DNA of 26,619 nucleotides from Tubiluchus corallicola. Its lineage: Eukaryota; Animalia; Priapulida. Position numbers and translations under genes: made by a program. The DNA lies in the NCBI GenBank assembly GCA_030141605.1, contig JAQGDQ010001755.1, forward strand, positions 1 to 26,619, in the 5' to 3' direction. A model generated the notes under the pieces. It made no database searches, had not been told where the DNA came from, and was given only the letters and a program-made list of their open reading frames with translations. This document shows, piece after piece, positions 1 through 11,568 of the stretch (positions are counted from its first letter, which is position 1; the number at the start of each line of letters is the position of its first letter).

Positions 1-340
1 AATCGATGCGTTTCAATGGCGAAATTACAGAAACATTTTGGGTATTAGATGGACAAGAAAAATAAAAAGACGCTGTTTAAGATGGATTGGACATATGCTT
101 TGACTACCTGATGATATTCCAGTGAAGATAGCTCTTCAACAAGCCATAGAACCAGCTAAAAAACCTGCAGGAGGACAAATGTTAACATATTTAGATTTTG
201 CGCAGAAAGATTTTAACACTTCAGCATTGATCCTTAGAAATAAATCCACTTGAGGCATTGCGGCGAGCAGGGAGTCTTGGCATAGAGAGGTGAGCAGAAT
301 CATGTCCCTGGACGTGTGATTGATTCTATGGATGATGATA
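1..340 (+). mobile_element. Decayed 3' end of an RTE-clade non-LTR retrotransposon
   Basis: Frame from base 2 reads IDAFQWRNYRNILGIRWTRKIKRRCLRWIGHML*LPDDIPVKIALQQAIEPAKKPAGGQMLTYLDFAQKDF, matching the RTE C-terminal pattern (ILGIRW...RRLRWxGHV...GRP); in-frame stop; short (GAT)n tail near 331-339. Confidence 0.8.
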
Positions 341-418
341 TTAGGTAATCTTATGCTGTATAAGAGGATGTAAAAAGTTGTATATGATATTAAATTTTAC
401 ATAATTGCTTGTATCAGG

Positions 419-695
419 TAAGCCTTTTTACAGCTCCAGCAAATGATGATGATCTTGAAAAGATCAAAGGTTAAGTGTATTAGACAAGCATTCGTGTACA
501 CTTGACAATGCCTCCCAGCTAGCTAGGATCTTACGTAGTTCATTATCCTTGTTCCCAAGCAAAGAACCTGCTAGTAAATCACTCTATGCACGGACTAGTG
601 CATAATTAAGTAATGTCCACGTAAAACAACTGAAGCTATTGAATTGATGCGGCAGATGGCTTAATTTTACCCACACGTCACATGACGGTAGTAGT
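419..695 (+). mobile_element. MITE family A, 3'-truncated copy
   Basis: Starts TAAGCCTTTTTACAG; body matches the full copy at 24621-25007. Confidence 0.75.
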
Positions 696-1189
696 TTGCA
701 TACGTAACACCAAAAATGTATGGTGTACCTTGTGTACCCACACCGTATGTTATTTGCATTACTCGTATTTACTTTGTGTAACTGAACTAGATTATAAAAA
801 TTTCAGGTGCAACTTGGAAATGGTGTAGTTTTCTCCAAGAAACTTTTTTCGTTTCTAAGTTTGAGATAAAGTGTTGTTACGTCATAACTGTTTGGAGAGA
901 CTTGATACTATACGTAGAATGCGAACTTTTAGGGAAGCTTGTCCATTGCTCCATGTCCGACGTTTAGTCTCTGAAGTTCGTATTCGCCTTGAACTGGGTC
1001 ACACGTTAAATATGAGGCTCTTTGATTTTGCCAGTCATGGCAGAATCAATTTGGTTTAGCAGTTATAGTTCATGGACTTTTTAAACTTTTTTGTTGTTTT
1101 GTGTTCATTTCATTTTAACTGGCGAATCGGTTCTAATAGTCGATTAATTACGTAAATCAAGTCTGAATAATGAAATATTTGAATGCAAT

Positions 1190-1506
1190 GCAGTCTTATC
1201 TCGGTTTGAATCAATTGTCAAATTGTCTCAAAAATGTCTAGTAGGTGCCGCTCCTATGCAAAAGTATATAAAAACTGTCAACAATTGACTCAAATAACTC
1301 TGCATAATTGACTCCATATTTTTCAGCACATGCTTAAATAAGATAGTTTTGTGTGACCAATGAGCTTTTACTATTTTCATGTCGTCTTACTTGTCGTTTT
1401 GTGCCCTACACAAGCTAAACACGTGCTGCTACACGCTGCTTGGTTGCACTGACGCAATGATGTAACCAAGGTAACGTACTGCCAGCTAGCGGTCAGCTCG
1501 CGAAAC
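1190..1506 (+). mobile_element. MITE family B, truncated and internally deleted copy
   Basis: Matches 6290-6668 and, inverted, the 12698-13131 copy; breaks off at CGCGAAAC. Confidence 0.65.
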
Positions 1507-1610
1507 TTGACAACTACGGCAGTTCATTTAGCTTTAGTTACAGACATGACAGCAGAATCTCTAGTACTAGTTTTGAGAAGGTGCATAGCTCGCTATGGCT
1601 GTCCTAAAGC
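1507..1610 (+). mobile_element. BEL/Pao LTR-retrotransposon integrase fragment
   Basis: TTTAVHLALVTDMTAESLVLVLRRCIARYGCP resembles the BEL/Pao integrase core motif TRAVHLE..LS..SF..ALRRF.ARRG.P. Confidence 0.75.
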
Positions 1611-1651
1611 TAAAAGAACTGCCCTAGTTGTCAAGCAGTTGAACAACATGG

Positions 1652-1710
1652 CTCTCCGACGAGGAATTGAACCCCGGTCTCCCACGTGACAGGCGGGGAT
1701 ACTCACCACT
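1652..1710 (-). pseudogene. 5'-truncated tRNA-Asp(GTC) pseudogene
   Basis: Minus strand AGTGGTGAGTATCCCCGCCTGTCACGTGGGAGACCGGGGTTCAATTCCTCGTCGGAGAG is close to the metazoan tRNA-Asp-GTC sequence; about 13 nt of the 5' end (acceptor 5' strand and start of D arm) are missing. Confidence 0.88.
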
Positions 1711-1786
1711 GTTTAAGTAAAAAAGCAAAAGCACGTACAAAGTGTTTCAGTCTTTTTATATAAGTTAGATGTAAAGTCAAATAAGT

Positions 1787-1902
1787 ACAATTAAATAGAT
1801 AAAAAGAAGTCCATCTTCCACTTTATATAAATAAATATATATATATTTATTTATTTATTTATATAAAGTGGAAGATGGACTTCATTTTATCTATTTAATT
1901 GT
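1787..1902. repeat. ~116 bp near-perfect palindrome with AT-rich centre
   Basis: ACAATTAAATAGATAAAAAGAAGTCCATCTTCCACTTTATATAAATAAAT ... ATTTATTTATATAAAGTGGAAGATGGACTTCATTTTATCTATTTAATTGT. Confidence 0.92.
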
Positions 1903-2219
1903 CTATTTATAATTTATATAAAGGCCTCGTGGTGTACGTATTAAACAATATGTAGATAACACATTAATTGCAGTTAAAACCTCTATTAAAGATGACCAGA
2001 TATCTATGATTCCTAACCGTTTCAGTTGAACAAAGTAAAGATAGCAGATTTACTGCAGTTGAAAATTTTGATAAAGATGAACCAGAAATCTCTGAAAGTG
2101 AACTGTTGGGTGAACAGATTCCAAAGACAATTATTCTATATCAAAATTAATAACTATTTTCGCAAACTAGTTATGAAAGACAATTCAAAATCAAAAACAA
2201 TCCAAAATGCTTTATTGGA

Positions 2220-2775
2220 AACAGTGACAAACAGAAAATCACAAAGACTTTCAGAAAATCACAGTGACTCAGATAAAATCACAGGGACTCGCAGAAAACC
2301 ACTGCGTCTCGGATAAAATTACGACTCACAGAAAATCACAATGACTCAAGAGAAAATTACAGTAACGTACAAAGAATCACAGTGACTCACAGAAATTCAC
2401 AATGACTCAAACGAAAATCACAGTGACTTACAGAAAATCACAGTGACTCACAGAAATTCACAGTGACTCACAGAAATTCACAGTGACTCACAGAAAATCA
2501 CAGTGACTCAGGGAAAATCACAGCGAGTCAGAGAAAACCATAGCGACTCACAGAAAATCACAGTGACTCAGGGAAAATCACAGCGAGTCAGAGAAAACCA
2601 TAGCGACTCACAGAAAATCACAGTGAGTCAGGGAAAATCACAGCGAGTCAGAGTAAACCTTAGCGACTCACAGAAAATCTCAGTGACTCGGGGAGAATCA
2701 CAACGACTCTGTGAAGATCATAGTGACTCACAAAAACATACCAGTGATCTACATAAAATCACGAATCTCACTCAA
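2220..2775. repeat. 20-bp minisatellite (consensus CAGAAAATCACAGTGACTCA) with a 60-bp higher-order repeat
   Basis: About 27 units, degenerate at both edges; 2491-2670 is three near-identical 60-bp trimers. Confidence 0.92.
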
Positions 2776-2796
2776 TGTTTCAGGTAAATGTCTTGA

Positions 2797-3251
2797 CTAC
2801 ACAGAACTACTCGTTTCGCTCGACTCTGAACTTTCAGAATTTTCTGAAATCCAAGCGGTTGTTGTTATCACTTCTGAAGATCTATTAAATCTTTCTTTTA
2901 ATTTAATGACCAGCAGAGTAGTAACCACAGTCACAAATATCAAACCAAAGCCGATGCCGGCAAAGATGATGACGACATTACCAGATTTATCATGACTTAC
3001 TGTAGAAGCAACTTCATCAACTTGAAACATGTTTGTCATTTTTGCACTCGTAGATTTCTCAAGAGTGATTGGTGTATTTGTTGTAGTTGTTGATAACGTT
3101 AATGATGGCGGCAGCGTTGGCGGTGATGTACAGTTAAACTCTGTTGAAGGGGCGTCTTCAACCTCCGTTAAACCACAGTCAACATAACTGTTGTCGTTTG
3201 TCCAAGTTTTGACCCACACAGTGTCACAATCACAACTTAGCCATTGGTTTT
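2797..3251 (-). CDS. LRR membrane protein, exon 2 (LRRCT cap, Ser/Thr stalk, TM helix, short tail)
   Basis: Acceptor TTTCTCTCAACTTTCAG; phase-1 join gives QLEKNQWLSCDCDTVWV (LRRCT-type N.W.CDC..W); T/P-rich stalk; hydrophobic VVIIFAGIGFGLIFVTVVTTLLVI followed by KLKER; stop at 2797-2799. Confidence 0.88.
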
Positions 3252-3426
3252 CTGAAAGTTGAGAGAAATGATTTTAGTGTTGAAAGTATCAGGGGTGGTT
3301 AGAGGAACAAATTTAAAATAGTTTCAGATTCTCCTGGGTAGACTTTTCAACATGCGCATTTAGGCTCAGGAATAGTGACAGGTTGCTTTATGCATAAAAC
3401 ATTTGAACACAAACAGTTTTTGTACA

Positions 3427-3790
3427 TAAGGTTTCAATTGATGATGATCGCGAAAAGGTCAAAGGTCAAGTTTACCAGAAAAGCACTTGTGTATATTTCA
3501 CAACACCCCGCAGCCTATGCTGTTGTAATAGTAACAGTTTTAGCAGCTAGGTAGAACCTTATCTACTTCATGTTTCTTGTTCCCGCTAGTAAATCCTGCT
3601 AGTAAATCGCTCTACGTACAGAATAATGCATAATTAAGTAAAGCCTACGTAAAAGAACTGAAATTACTGAACTGATGCGACAGACAGCGTTGTTTTGCCC
3701 ACGTGACACGTGACGGTTGTTGTGGAACAGTTAACATTTGACCTACAGCAACAGCACGTGAGCACAGAGACGTATCTTAACTACAACCTT
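3427..3790 (+). mobile_element. MITE family A copy in the LRR intron
   Basis: GATGATGATCGCGAAAAGGTCAAAGGTCAAG...CACGTGACACGTGACGG matches 24621-25007; boundaries approximate. Confidence 0.75.
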
Positions 3791-3867
3791 CACATGACAT
3801 GTGCGTAAAGCAAAGCCGTTAGCCGAATCAGTTCAGTAAGTTAAGTTGTGTGAGGTTGGCTTTACTT

Positions 3868-4087
3868 AGCTATGCATTAGTCATTGAGTGCGGCGATCTA
3901 CTAGTAGGATCTTGCTTAGGAACAAGAAAAAAGAATTAGGTAAGGTTTTAGCTAACTGTTAAAACTATTACTATTACGACATCACGGGCTGCGCGGCATT
4001 GTTAAGTGTACACAAATGCGTTGTCTGCTTCACTTAACCTTTGACCTTTTAACGATCACCATCAATCGCTGCAACTGTGAAAAGCAT
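3868..4087 (-). mobile_element. MITE family A partial copy, inverted, in the LRR intron
   Basis: Reverse complement of the family A 5' half (CACTTAACCTTTGACCTTTT...ACTGTGAAAAGC). Confidence 0.75.
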
Positions 4088-4162
4088 TGTTGGTTTAAAT
4101 AGAGTTAACACTGTATTATTAAAAGCTATAGGAATAACTTATAGAGAATAAATTATACATAC

Positions 4163-4766
4163 TTTCCAGTTGCACTGTAACATTTTGGATAGGTACACTC
4201 TTGTGCAATTTAGGAGGCTTGAGTCCCTGTATTCCACTCTGTGATATTATCAATTTCCGAAAATTCGGATTGTCTGAAAAGTCGAACTCAGGTGAACCAG
4301 TCAAGTTTGAACTTCCTATTATGATAAGCGAGGAAAACTTTGCTTTATAAAAAGCTTTTGGATGTATCCATGTTAACTTTTCGTTTGACTCTAGCAAGAG
4401 TTTTTCCCTTGCAACACCGTTAATAGCATTTTCTTCCAAACTTTCTACGTTGGAGTATCCTACATTTATACTTGTAACTTCTTTTCCTTGGAAAAATCCA
4501 TCTGGCAATGCTGCGTCTTTATACTGAAAGATACTTAGCTTTTCTATCGTTCCACTTAGATTAGAAACAATGGCTGCCAGCTTTTGTTTAGTAGGCACAA
4601 AATTACAGTAAACGTTGCATTTATTAGAATCATGACGTGTTACTTCATAATCACAAACGATTAAACGTTGTTTCATTCGTATTACGTCATCAGGACAATC
4701 TTGTGATGCACAAAAAATAATCACTGCTAAAGTACTAACAACTGATAGCTTGTTTAGCTTCGTCAT
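4163..4766 (-). CDS. LRR membrane protein, exon 1 (signal peptide, Cys-rich N-cap, LRRs)
   Basis: ATG at 4766 gives MTKLNKLSVVSTLAVIIFCASQ (signal-like); LRR-like segments LPDGFFQG, VESLEENAING, LTWIHPKAF, FSDNPNFRKLIISQSGI; donor A|GTATGT at 4162. The two exons total 1059 nt = 352 aa plus stop. Confidence 0.88.
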
Positions 4767-5433
4767 CTCGATATATAAATAAAGTTCTTTAGTACAATTT
4801 TTTACATACACAAGCATTATTGGTCTATCAGTACAAAATTAGATCCCTATATAAACATAAAATACAAATGTTGCAATAGCGTTTAAAATTATAAATGAGA
4901 CTCACACATTTTTTCAAATATCAGAAATAGACAATAGTATATACTGGTGTGTAAAAATTGATAGAACAGTAAACGTTCTGGTGAATATTATCGCTGTCGC
5001 CTTGGCAACAACAATGAATATTGCAATATGGGCTTATTGTTTTTGCAAAATGAAAAATATCACGGTGAATGGAAGGTTTCTAACAAAATCGAGCGAATTG
5101 TTGCAAAAACAATCAAAATTTGTTAAGATGTGGCGCTTTTTCCAAAGTTTTGAAAAAAGAATTTATTTCGTTAATAAAGGAAATGACAAGTCACGTGGAA
5201 TTTTGATTTTATTTTGCTGTTTTATTTTATTTTACTATTTTACTGATATCACTTGGAAATTTAGATTTAGAAACTGCTAAACTTATAAAAATGAAACAAA
5301 GAAACTTGCAAAAAATTGTCTGCAAAGCATCAAGTTAATTTATGCTACAGTGTATAGAAATTTTCAGGAGCGGTGGTAAATAGAAAATTTCAAATTTGTC
5401 TGAATGGATTTCAGATTAAACCTGCAGTATTGG

Positions 5434-6668
5434 ATAATCTTGTGCTGTATAAAAGTATAAAAAAGTTGTATATGATATTGCATTTTATATAATTGCTTGC
5501 ATCAGGTAAGCCTTTTCACAGCTGCAGCAAATGATGATGATCGTGAAAAGATCAAAGGTTAAATGTACTAGACAAGCATTCGTGTACACTTGGCAATGCC
5601 TCGCAGCTAGCTAGAATCTTACGTAGTTCATTTTCCTTGTTCCCAAGCAAAGAACCTGCTAGTAAATCCCTCTATACACAGACTAGTGCATAATTATGTA
5701 ATGTCCACGTAAAACAACTAAAACTGTTGAATTGATGCGGCAGATGGCTTAATTTTACCCACACGTCACATGACGGTAGTAGTTTGCATACGTAACATCA
5801 AAAATGTATGGTGTACCTTGTGTACCCACACCGTATGTTATTTGCATTACTCGTGTTTACTTTGTGTAACTGAACTAAATTATAAAAATTTCAGGTGCAA
5901 TACACTTGGACAGTTCTGAAATTGACGTGGAAATGGTGTAGTTTTCTCCAATGAACTTCGTTTCTAAGTTTGAGATAAAGTGTTGTTACGTCATAATTGT
6001 TTGGAGAGACTTGATACTATACGTAGAATGCGAACTTTTAGGGAAGCTTGTCCATTGCTCCATGTCCGACGTTTAGTCTCTTAAGTCGAATTCGCCTTGA
6101 ATTAGGTCTTAAATATGAGTCTCTTTGATTTTGCCAGTCATGACAGAATCAATTTGGTTTAGCAGTTACAGTTCATGGGCTTTTTAAACTTTTTTGTTGT
6201 TTTGTGTTCATTTTTATTTTAACTGGCGAATAGGTTCTAATAGTCGATTAATTATTCGAATCAAGTCTGAATAATGAAATATTTGAATGCAGTGCACTCA
6301 TATCTTCGTTTGCTGGACAAAAGCGGGGAAACGTCGGTCAGAATTTGCCGATTATTAGTATTTATCGATAATAAGCTAATACTGCCTAATTGTCTCAAAA
6401 ACGCCTAAGTACTGGCCGCTCCTATGCAAAAGTACATAAAAACTGTTGGCAATTGACTCAAATAACTCTGCATAATTGATTCTGTATTTTTTCTGGTTAA
6501 ATAAGATAGTTTTGTGTGACCAATGAGCTTTTACTATTTTTATGTCGTCTTACTTGTCGTTTTGTGCCCTACACAAGCTAAACACGTGCTGCTGCACTCT
6601 GCTCGGTTGCACTGACGCAGTGATGTAAACAAGGTAACGTCCCGCCAGCTAGCGGTCAGCTCGCGAAA
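5434..6668. repeat. Direct segmental duplication, copy 2 (partner 345-1506)
   Basis: See copy 1; this copy lies in the 5' flank of the LRR gene. Confidence 0.93.
5507..5785 (+). mobile_element. MITE family A, 3'-truncated copy
   Basis: Starts TAAGCCTTTTCACAG; same truncation point as the copy at 419. Confidence 0.75.
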
Positions 6669-6775
6669 CAACGGACTCTGTCCGCAGTATGCAGAACTTT
6701 TTGACGGTCCAGATTTTGTCTAATTCTTCCGACATCCGTAAAAACAACGTCCAGCAAACCGAAATATGAGTGTAT
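6290..6775 (+). mobile_element. MITE family B (CAGT-type TIRs, Tc1/mariner-like)
   Basis: Left CAGTGCACTCATATCTTCGTTTGCTGGAC and right GTCCAGCAAACCGAAATATGAGTGTA form ~28-bp imperfect TIRs; no ORF. Confidence 0.75.
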
Positions 6776-7583
6776 AATATTTTTATTTGTAATTTAGTTC
6801 AAATAGTTAATGCGCATTGTAACATTTTCTCAGTGATTTTGACGATAAACATTAACGTTTCAGCAAGAGTTGCAGTATGTATACATTTATCCATTATTAT
6901 CGAAAAAATTGAATTTGAGGTCAAATAGTTTTAAATAGAGGGAGAGAGCCTGTACTGATCGTGCACTGTTAACACTAATTTATGTCTAATTTATTGCAGT
7001 CAGAAAGGTTGCATTACGCTTAAACCTCAGTGGATATTGATTGATTTGCTCTTACCTGTGATTTTGCATTAATTATGCTGTGAAAATAATCCAGTCAAAA
7101 ATAGTCATTAGAGAAACATAACGATTTGTATAAATTGTAGCCACACTAATAATACACGTTATTAACAAATTTAACTGTTACACTTTACATTACGTTACAA
7201 ATTATAACAAAAATAATCACATAATTCACAGCACTTTAAATAATCTCACATATAGGCCTATATAAAGAACAAGAAAAAGGGGACCACCTTTTGTGGTACC
7301 TGCGGATAGGTGGTCACCGATCAGCGTTGACACTTTCTTTTTATAGACAAGGTTAACTAAACGCATGGTTTACACATGCATGAACGAAGCATACGATCTA
7401 AGTGATATTGTAAGGCCACCAAAGAAGCCAGGTTTGGTTTAAAACGGATTTTCCGACAATTATATATGTATTATACAATTATAGACTACAATCGTAACAA
7501 AAATTACTGAATCGTAAGCATAAATAGCTCAAATTATAACTTTTCTTATGCTAGTTCATTACAACTAATTATCTGTCAGTCTC

Positions 7584-7703
7584 TCACAGATTAAAATCAA
7601 CTCCACTCTCAATTTCGTTCATCAATCGCAGACATATTTCATCCTTGTAGGGTAAAGAAGCCACTGAAACCCCTACAGGTAGACCCAGTGCGCCATCTGT
7701 ATG
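7584..7703 (-). CDS. FAAH: FAAH-like amidase, terminal exon
   Basis: TTTCAG|HTDGALGLPVGVSVASLPYKDEICLRLMNEIESGVDFNL*; amidase C-terminal GLPVGV...D/EE.CLR.M.E.E motif. Confidence 0.92.
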   Translation of the reverse strand, partial: HTDGALGLPVGVSVASLPYKDEICLRLMNEIESGVDFNL

Positions 7704-7991
7704 CTGAAATTGAAAACAAGCATGCTATATTCACATCAAATAAAGTTAGGCAGTTGATTTAGCCTTTGATTCACTAAAACGTAGGGGTTGACCCAGTGCG
7801 CCATCTGTATGCTGAAAATGAAAACAAACATGCTATATTTACATCAAATAAAGTTAGGCAGTTGATTTACGTTTTGATTCACTAAAAACGTAGAGGTAGA
7901 CCCAGTGCGCCATCTGTATGCTGAAAATGAAAACAAACATGCTATATTCACATAAAATAAAATTAGACAGTTGATTTAGCTTTTGACCCAG
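7677..7991. repeat. 108/109-bp tandem triplication spanning the last FAAH splice acceptor
   Basis: GACCCAGTGCGCCATCTGTATGCTGAAA occurs three times; equivalent exon-start positions are 7703, 7811 and 7920. Confidence 0.92.
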
Positions 7992-8254
7992 TTGAAGGAA
8001 GTTTCCTTGAAGTAGGGACCGCTATCAGTCGGACGGTGGTCAGCAACACACCTGGTCACTCCCACACTGACCACACAATAGCGTTTCAAGTGAATGAAGT
8101 GACACTTGTTTTTAGAAAACTGTAACTACAGCTAAGTAATAAGCGACACTAGCAAAAATAAGTGAACATGAGAACACACAATGATTGAACTGAAATCTTT
8201 CTTTCCCTGTAACCACCAAATGTGTGAACAGATGTACAACAGGCACTCTGTCTC

Positions 8255-8756
<502 letters not shown>

Positions 8757-8985
8757 CTCTCTCTGTCCTTCTCTCTCTTCCCCTCTCTTTCCCTCCTCCT
8801 CTCTCTTGCTCTTTCTCTCACTCTTTCTTTATTTCATTCTCTCTCTATCACCTCTAAATGGCCTGACTTACTACTATTTAGATTTCTTAATCTTCAAGTT
8901 GACTTCGCTTCTGTCTAAACAAAAGTTGATAGTCAACACTTCAACTAGGCCTAGGCCTTCAATCAGTAAGTTGAATATTTTATAC

Positions 8986-9240
8986 CTTTTTCACGGTGAT
9001 GTCAATGAGATCTTCTTCTGGATGGTTCATCAAGTCTCTCTGGTCTTGCTCAGATTCACGAGTGACTGGAACACATCCACAAGGAAAATCTAGCATATTA
9101 TATATGATCGTGTAAGAGCATCCAAAAATAAAAGCGTTGTGTTCCCCTCCACGAGGATAGCTGGGAGTGGCAAAAGCTGGACTAATGACAGCATCCAATT
9201 CCAGTTCCTTCCACGCAGCAATTGTTTCATACACGTACAT
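8986..9240 (-). CDS. FAAH: FAAH-like amidase exon (255 nt, phase 0/0)
   Basis: ATAG|MYVYETIAAWKELELDAVISP...SYTIIYNMLDFPCGCVPVT...TVKK|GTAT; typical FAAH W..LDLD.VL.P and YN.LDFP.GVVPV motifs. Confidence 0.95.
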
Positions 9241-9434
9241 CTATATAGAAATTAATGACTTCTTAAAAACTCTCATAATTTTTAAAAACTCTTATATAAA
9301 CTATTGTTCCCAAAAACTATCGTAACTCTCAAAAAATAATTTTTGGTTACAGTAGCTATGAAGTTTGGGATCGATGAGTCTTTGTATACTTCAATGAATA
9401 AAGCAAAGCCGTCTGCCGCATTAGTTCAATAACT

Positions 9435-9804
9435 TGTTAAGATACGTCGCTGTGCACACGTGCTGTTGCTGTAGGTCAAATGTTTTAACTGTTCCACAAC
9501 AACGCGTCTCAACTACAACCGTCACGTGTCACGTGGGTAAAACAACGCTGTCTGTCACATCAGTTCAGTAATTTCAGTTGTTTTACGTGGATTTTACTTA
9601 ATTATGCATTAGTCTGTGCGTAGAGTGATTTACTAGCAGGATTTTGTTTAGGAACAAGATAAAGCGAACTAGGTAAGGTTCTATTACTATTACAACAGCA
9701 GGGACAGCGAAGCGTTGTGAAGTGTACACAAATGTGTTGTCTGGCACATTTAACCTTCGACATTTCACGATCATCATCAATCACCTGAACTGTGAAAAGG
9801 CTTA
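9435..9804 (-). mobile_element. MITE family A copy, inverted
   Basis: Ends AACTGTGAAAAGGCTTA; body is the reverse complement of 24621-25007. Confidence 0.8.
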
Positions 9805-9933
9805 TTCAAGTATCACCCTTACTAGTTTGTATTAAAAACTACTACTACTAACTCCTCTAGCGACTGTAGTACTAAAGTAAAAGCTGTAGCTTCACTGAGA
9901 ACAATGAGAGAATAGAGAAAGGGAGGCACTTAC

Positions 9934-9973
9934 ATCACGTTCCCCAATCAACCGCTGAAGATCGTATGACGTT
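9934..9973 (-). CDS. FAAH: FAAH-like amidase mini-exon (40 nt, phase 2/0)
   Basis: TTTTTTCCAG|A ACG TCA... = (R)TSYDLQRLIGERD|GTAAGT; phases fit both neighbours. Confidence 0.85.
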
Positions 9974-10387
9974 CTGGAAAAAAGAACAAATCAATTCAGA
10001 ACACCAGCAACAACAGTGACTGCATTTATTTTGTCTGTGTTCTCGTTGTGGTTTTGTGCTTTTCAGTTCGATTCCTACTTTGGCTGTATTTTATTGTAAA
10101 AAACTGAATTTTTTCAAAACTTTAAAAATTGTCAGAAGTTCCAATGAACATTAGGCTCTGTGCAAATTGCAAACCAGTTGGAAATCCCCGATAATTAGTT
10201 TACCTCTTCAAGAATGGAATCAGTATTGAAATCTTATTGTAAGTGACATTGAGACGAAACACTATACCGTCAGAAGCAGTGTACCTAGCCGTCGACCATC
10301 CATTTACTCACCAGACTCGGAACTGTTTAACTTATGCAGCTGAGCGCACACTGTTGCTACACAGGTATTTATTCTATTCCAGCAATT

Positions 10388-10445
<58 letters not shown>
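10388..10445. repeat. (CAT)n microsatellite
   Basis: About 19 units. Confidence 0.97.
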
Positions 10446-11229
10446 CAGCAATACAGTTTTAGTACAAATAATTAATAGAATAAAAATATTTTTAGTAATT
10501 AAAAAAACAAAAGTTATAATCCATATACACATCACTATAATCCTATATGTCTTTGTGAACAAAAACTCACTATACCCACTCTCTGAATCCCAAACTATCT
10601 GTCAGTGCAAAGTATAGCGTTAAAGTAAATGAGCTCCATAGGATTAAAACATCTCGGTTACGCCTCTCCTCACATAACCTAGCTATTGAGACTGGAAGAT
10701 GGGCAAGAATAAAAAGAGAAGACAGGCTATGCTCCTGTCCTGGCTTAAACATTCAACAGAAGAGCATGTTATCTGTTTTTGCCAATTTACGAATCACCTT
10801 CGTGAAGATAACACTGAACGGAACTTCAACGATCTGCATGAATTTTTCAATGGAAACCCAAAGTCATACTGCGAATTTGTAAATAACTCTTTAGCGATTT
10901 TTGGGCAGTAATGATCGTAAAAGTGTTTGTCGTGAATTGGTAAATAACCCTTGAGCTGTTTTTGGACAGTAATGATCATATTATACGATCAAAAGTCCTT
11001 TTTGCAGTGATTTATGGACTGAACCAAAATATCATGTTCGACTATCTCTTAATCAGTCAATAAACATATAAATATATTTGTTCACACGTTCATAAAAGGC
11101 TTTTCTCACTTTTCTTTTCACGTTAAAAGTAAAGCAGAGAGTACAACCGTACTTTATTGTTAAATCAACAGCCTGGGTCATTCATTAATACAACATTTTT
11201 CGTGTAACAAGTGATTCAGAATTTTGAAT

Positions 11230-11568
<339 letters not shown>

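Larger units (their letters stand above)
345..1506. repeat. Direct segmental duplication, copy 1 (partner 5434-6668)
   Basis: Colinear high similarity from TAATCTTATGCTGTATAAG to GGTCAGCTCGCGAAAC, including the same nested MITE fragments and intervening unique-looking sequence. Confidence 0.93.

Noticed and set aside
1652-1710. Functional tRNA-Asp gene
   Set aside because: The 5' acceptor-stem strand is missing, so the cloverleaf cannot close.
2260-2630. CACAGTG heptamers as RAG/Transib-like recombination signals next to an LRR gene
   Set aside because: The heptamer is part of the 20-bp unit; nonamer-like ACAGAAAAT follows at 4 or 24 bp rather than 12 or 23, and there are no gene segments to join.
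10204-10260. Possible extra FAAH mini-exon ending FLKR with a GTAAAC donor
   Set aside because: No convincing acceptor; the 13144-13187 exon fills this slot with better splice sites and similarity.
10765-11030. Degenerate repeats of TTTTGG(G/A)CAGTAATGATC
   Set aside because: Probably an old repeat fragment; no termini or family could be defined.
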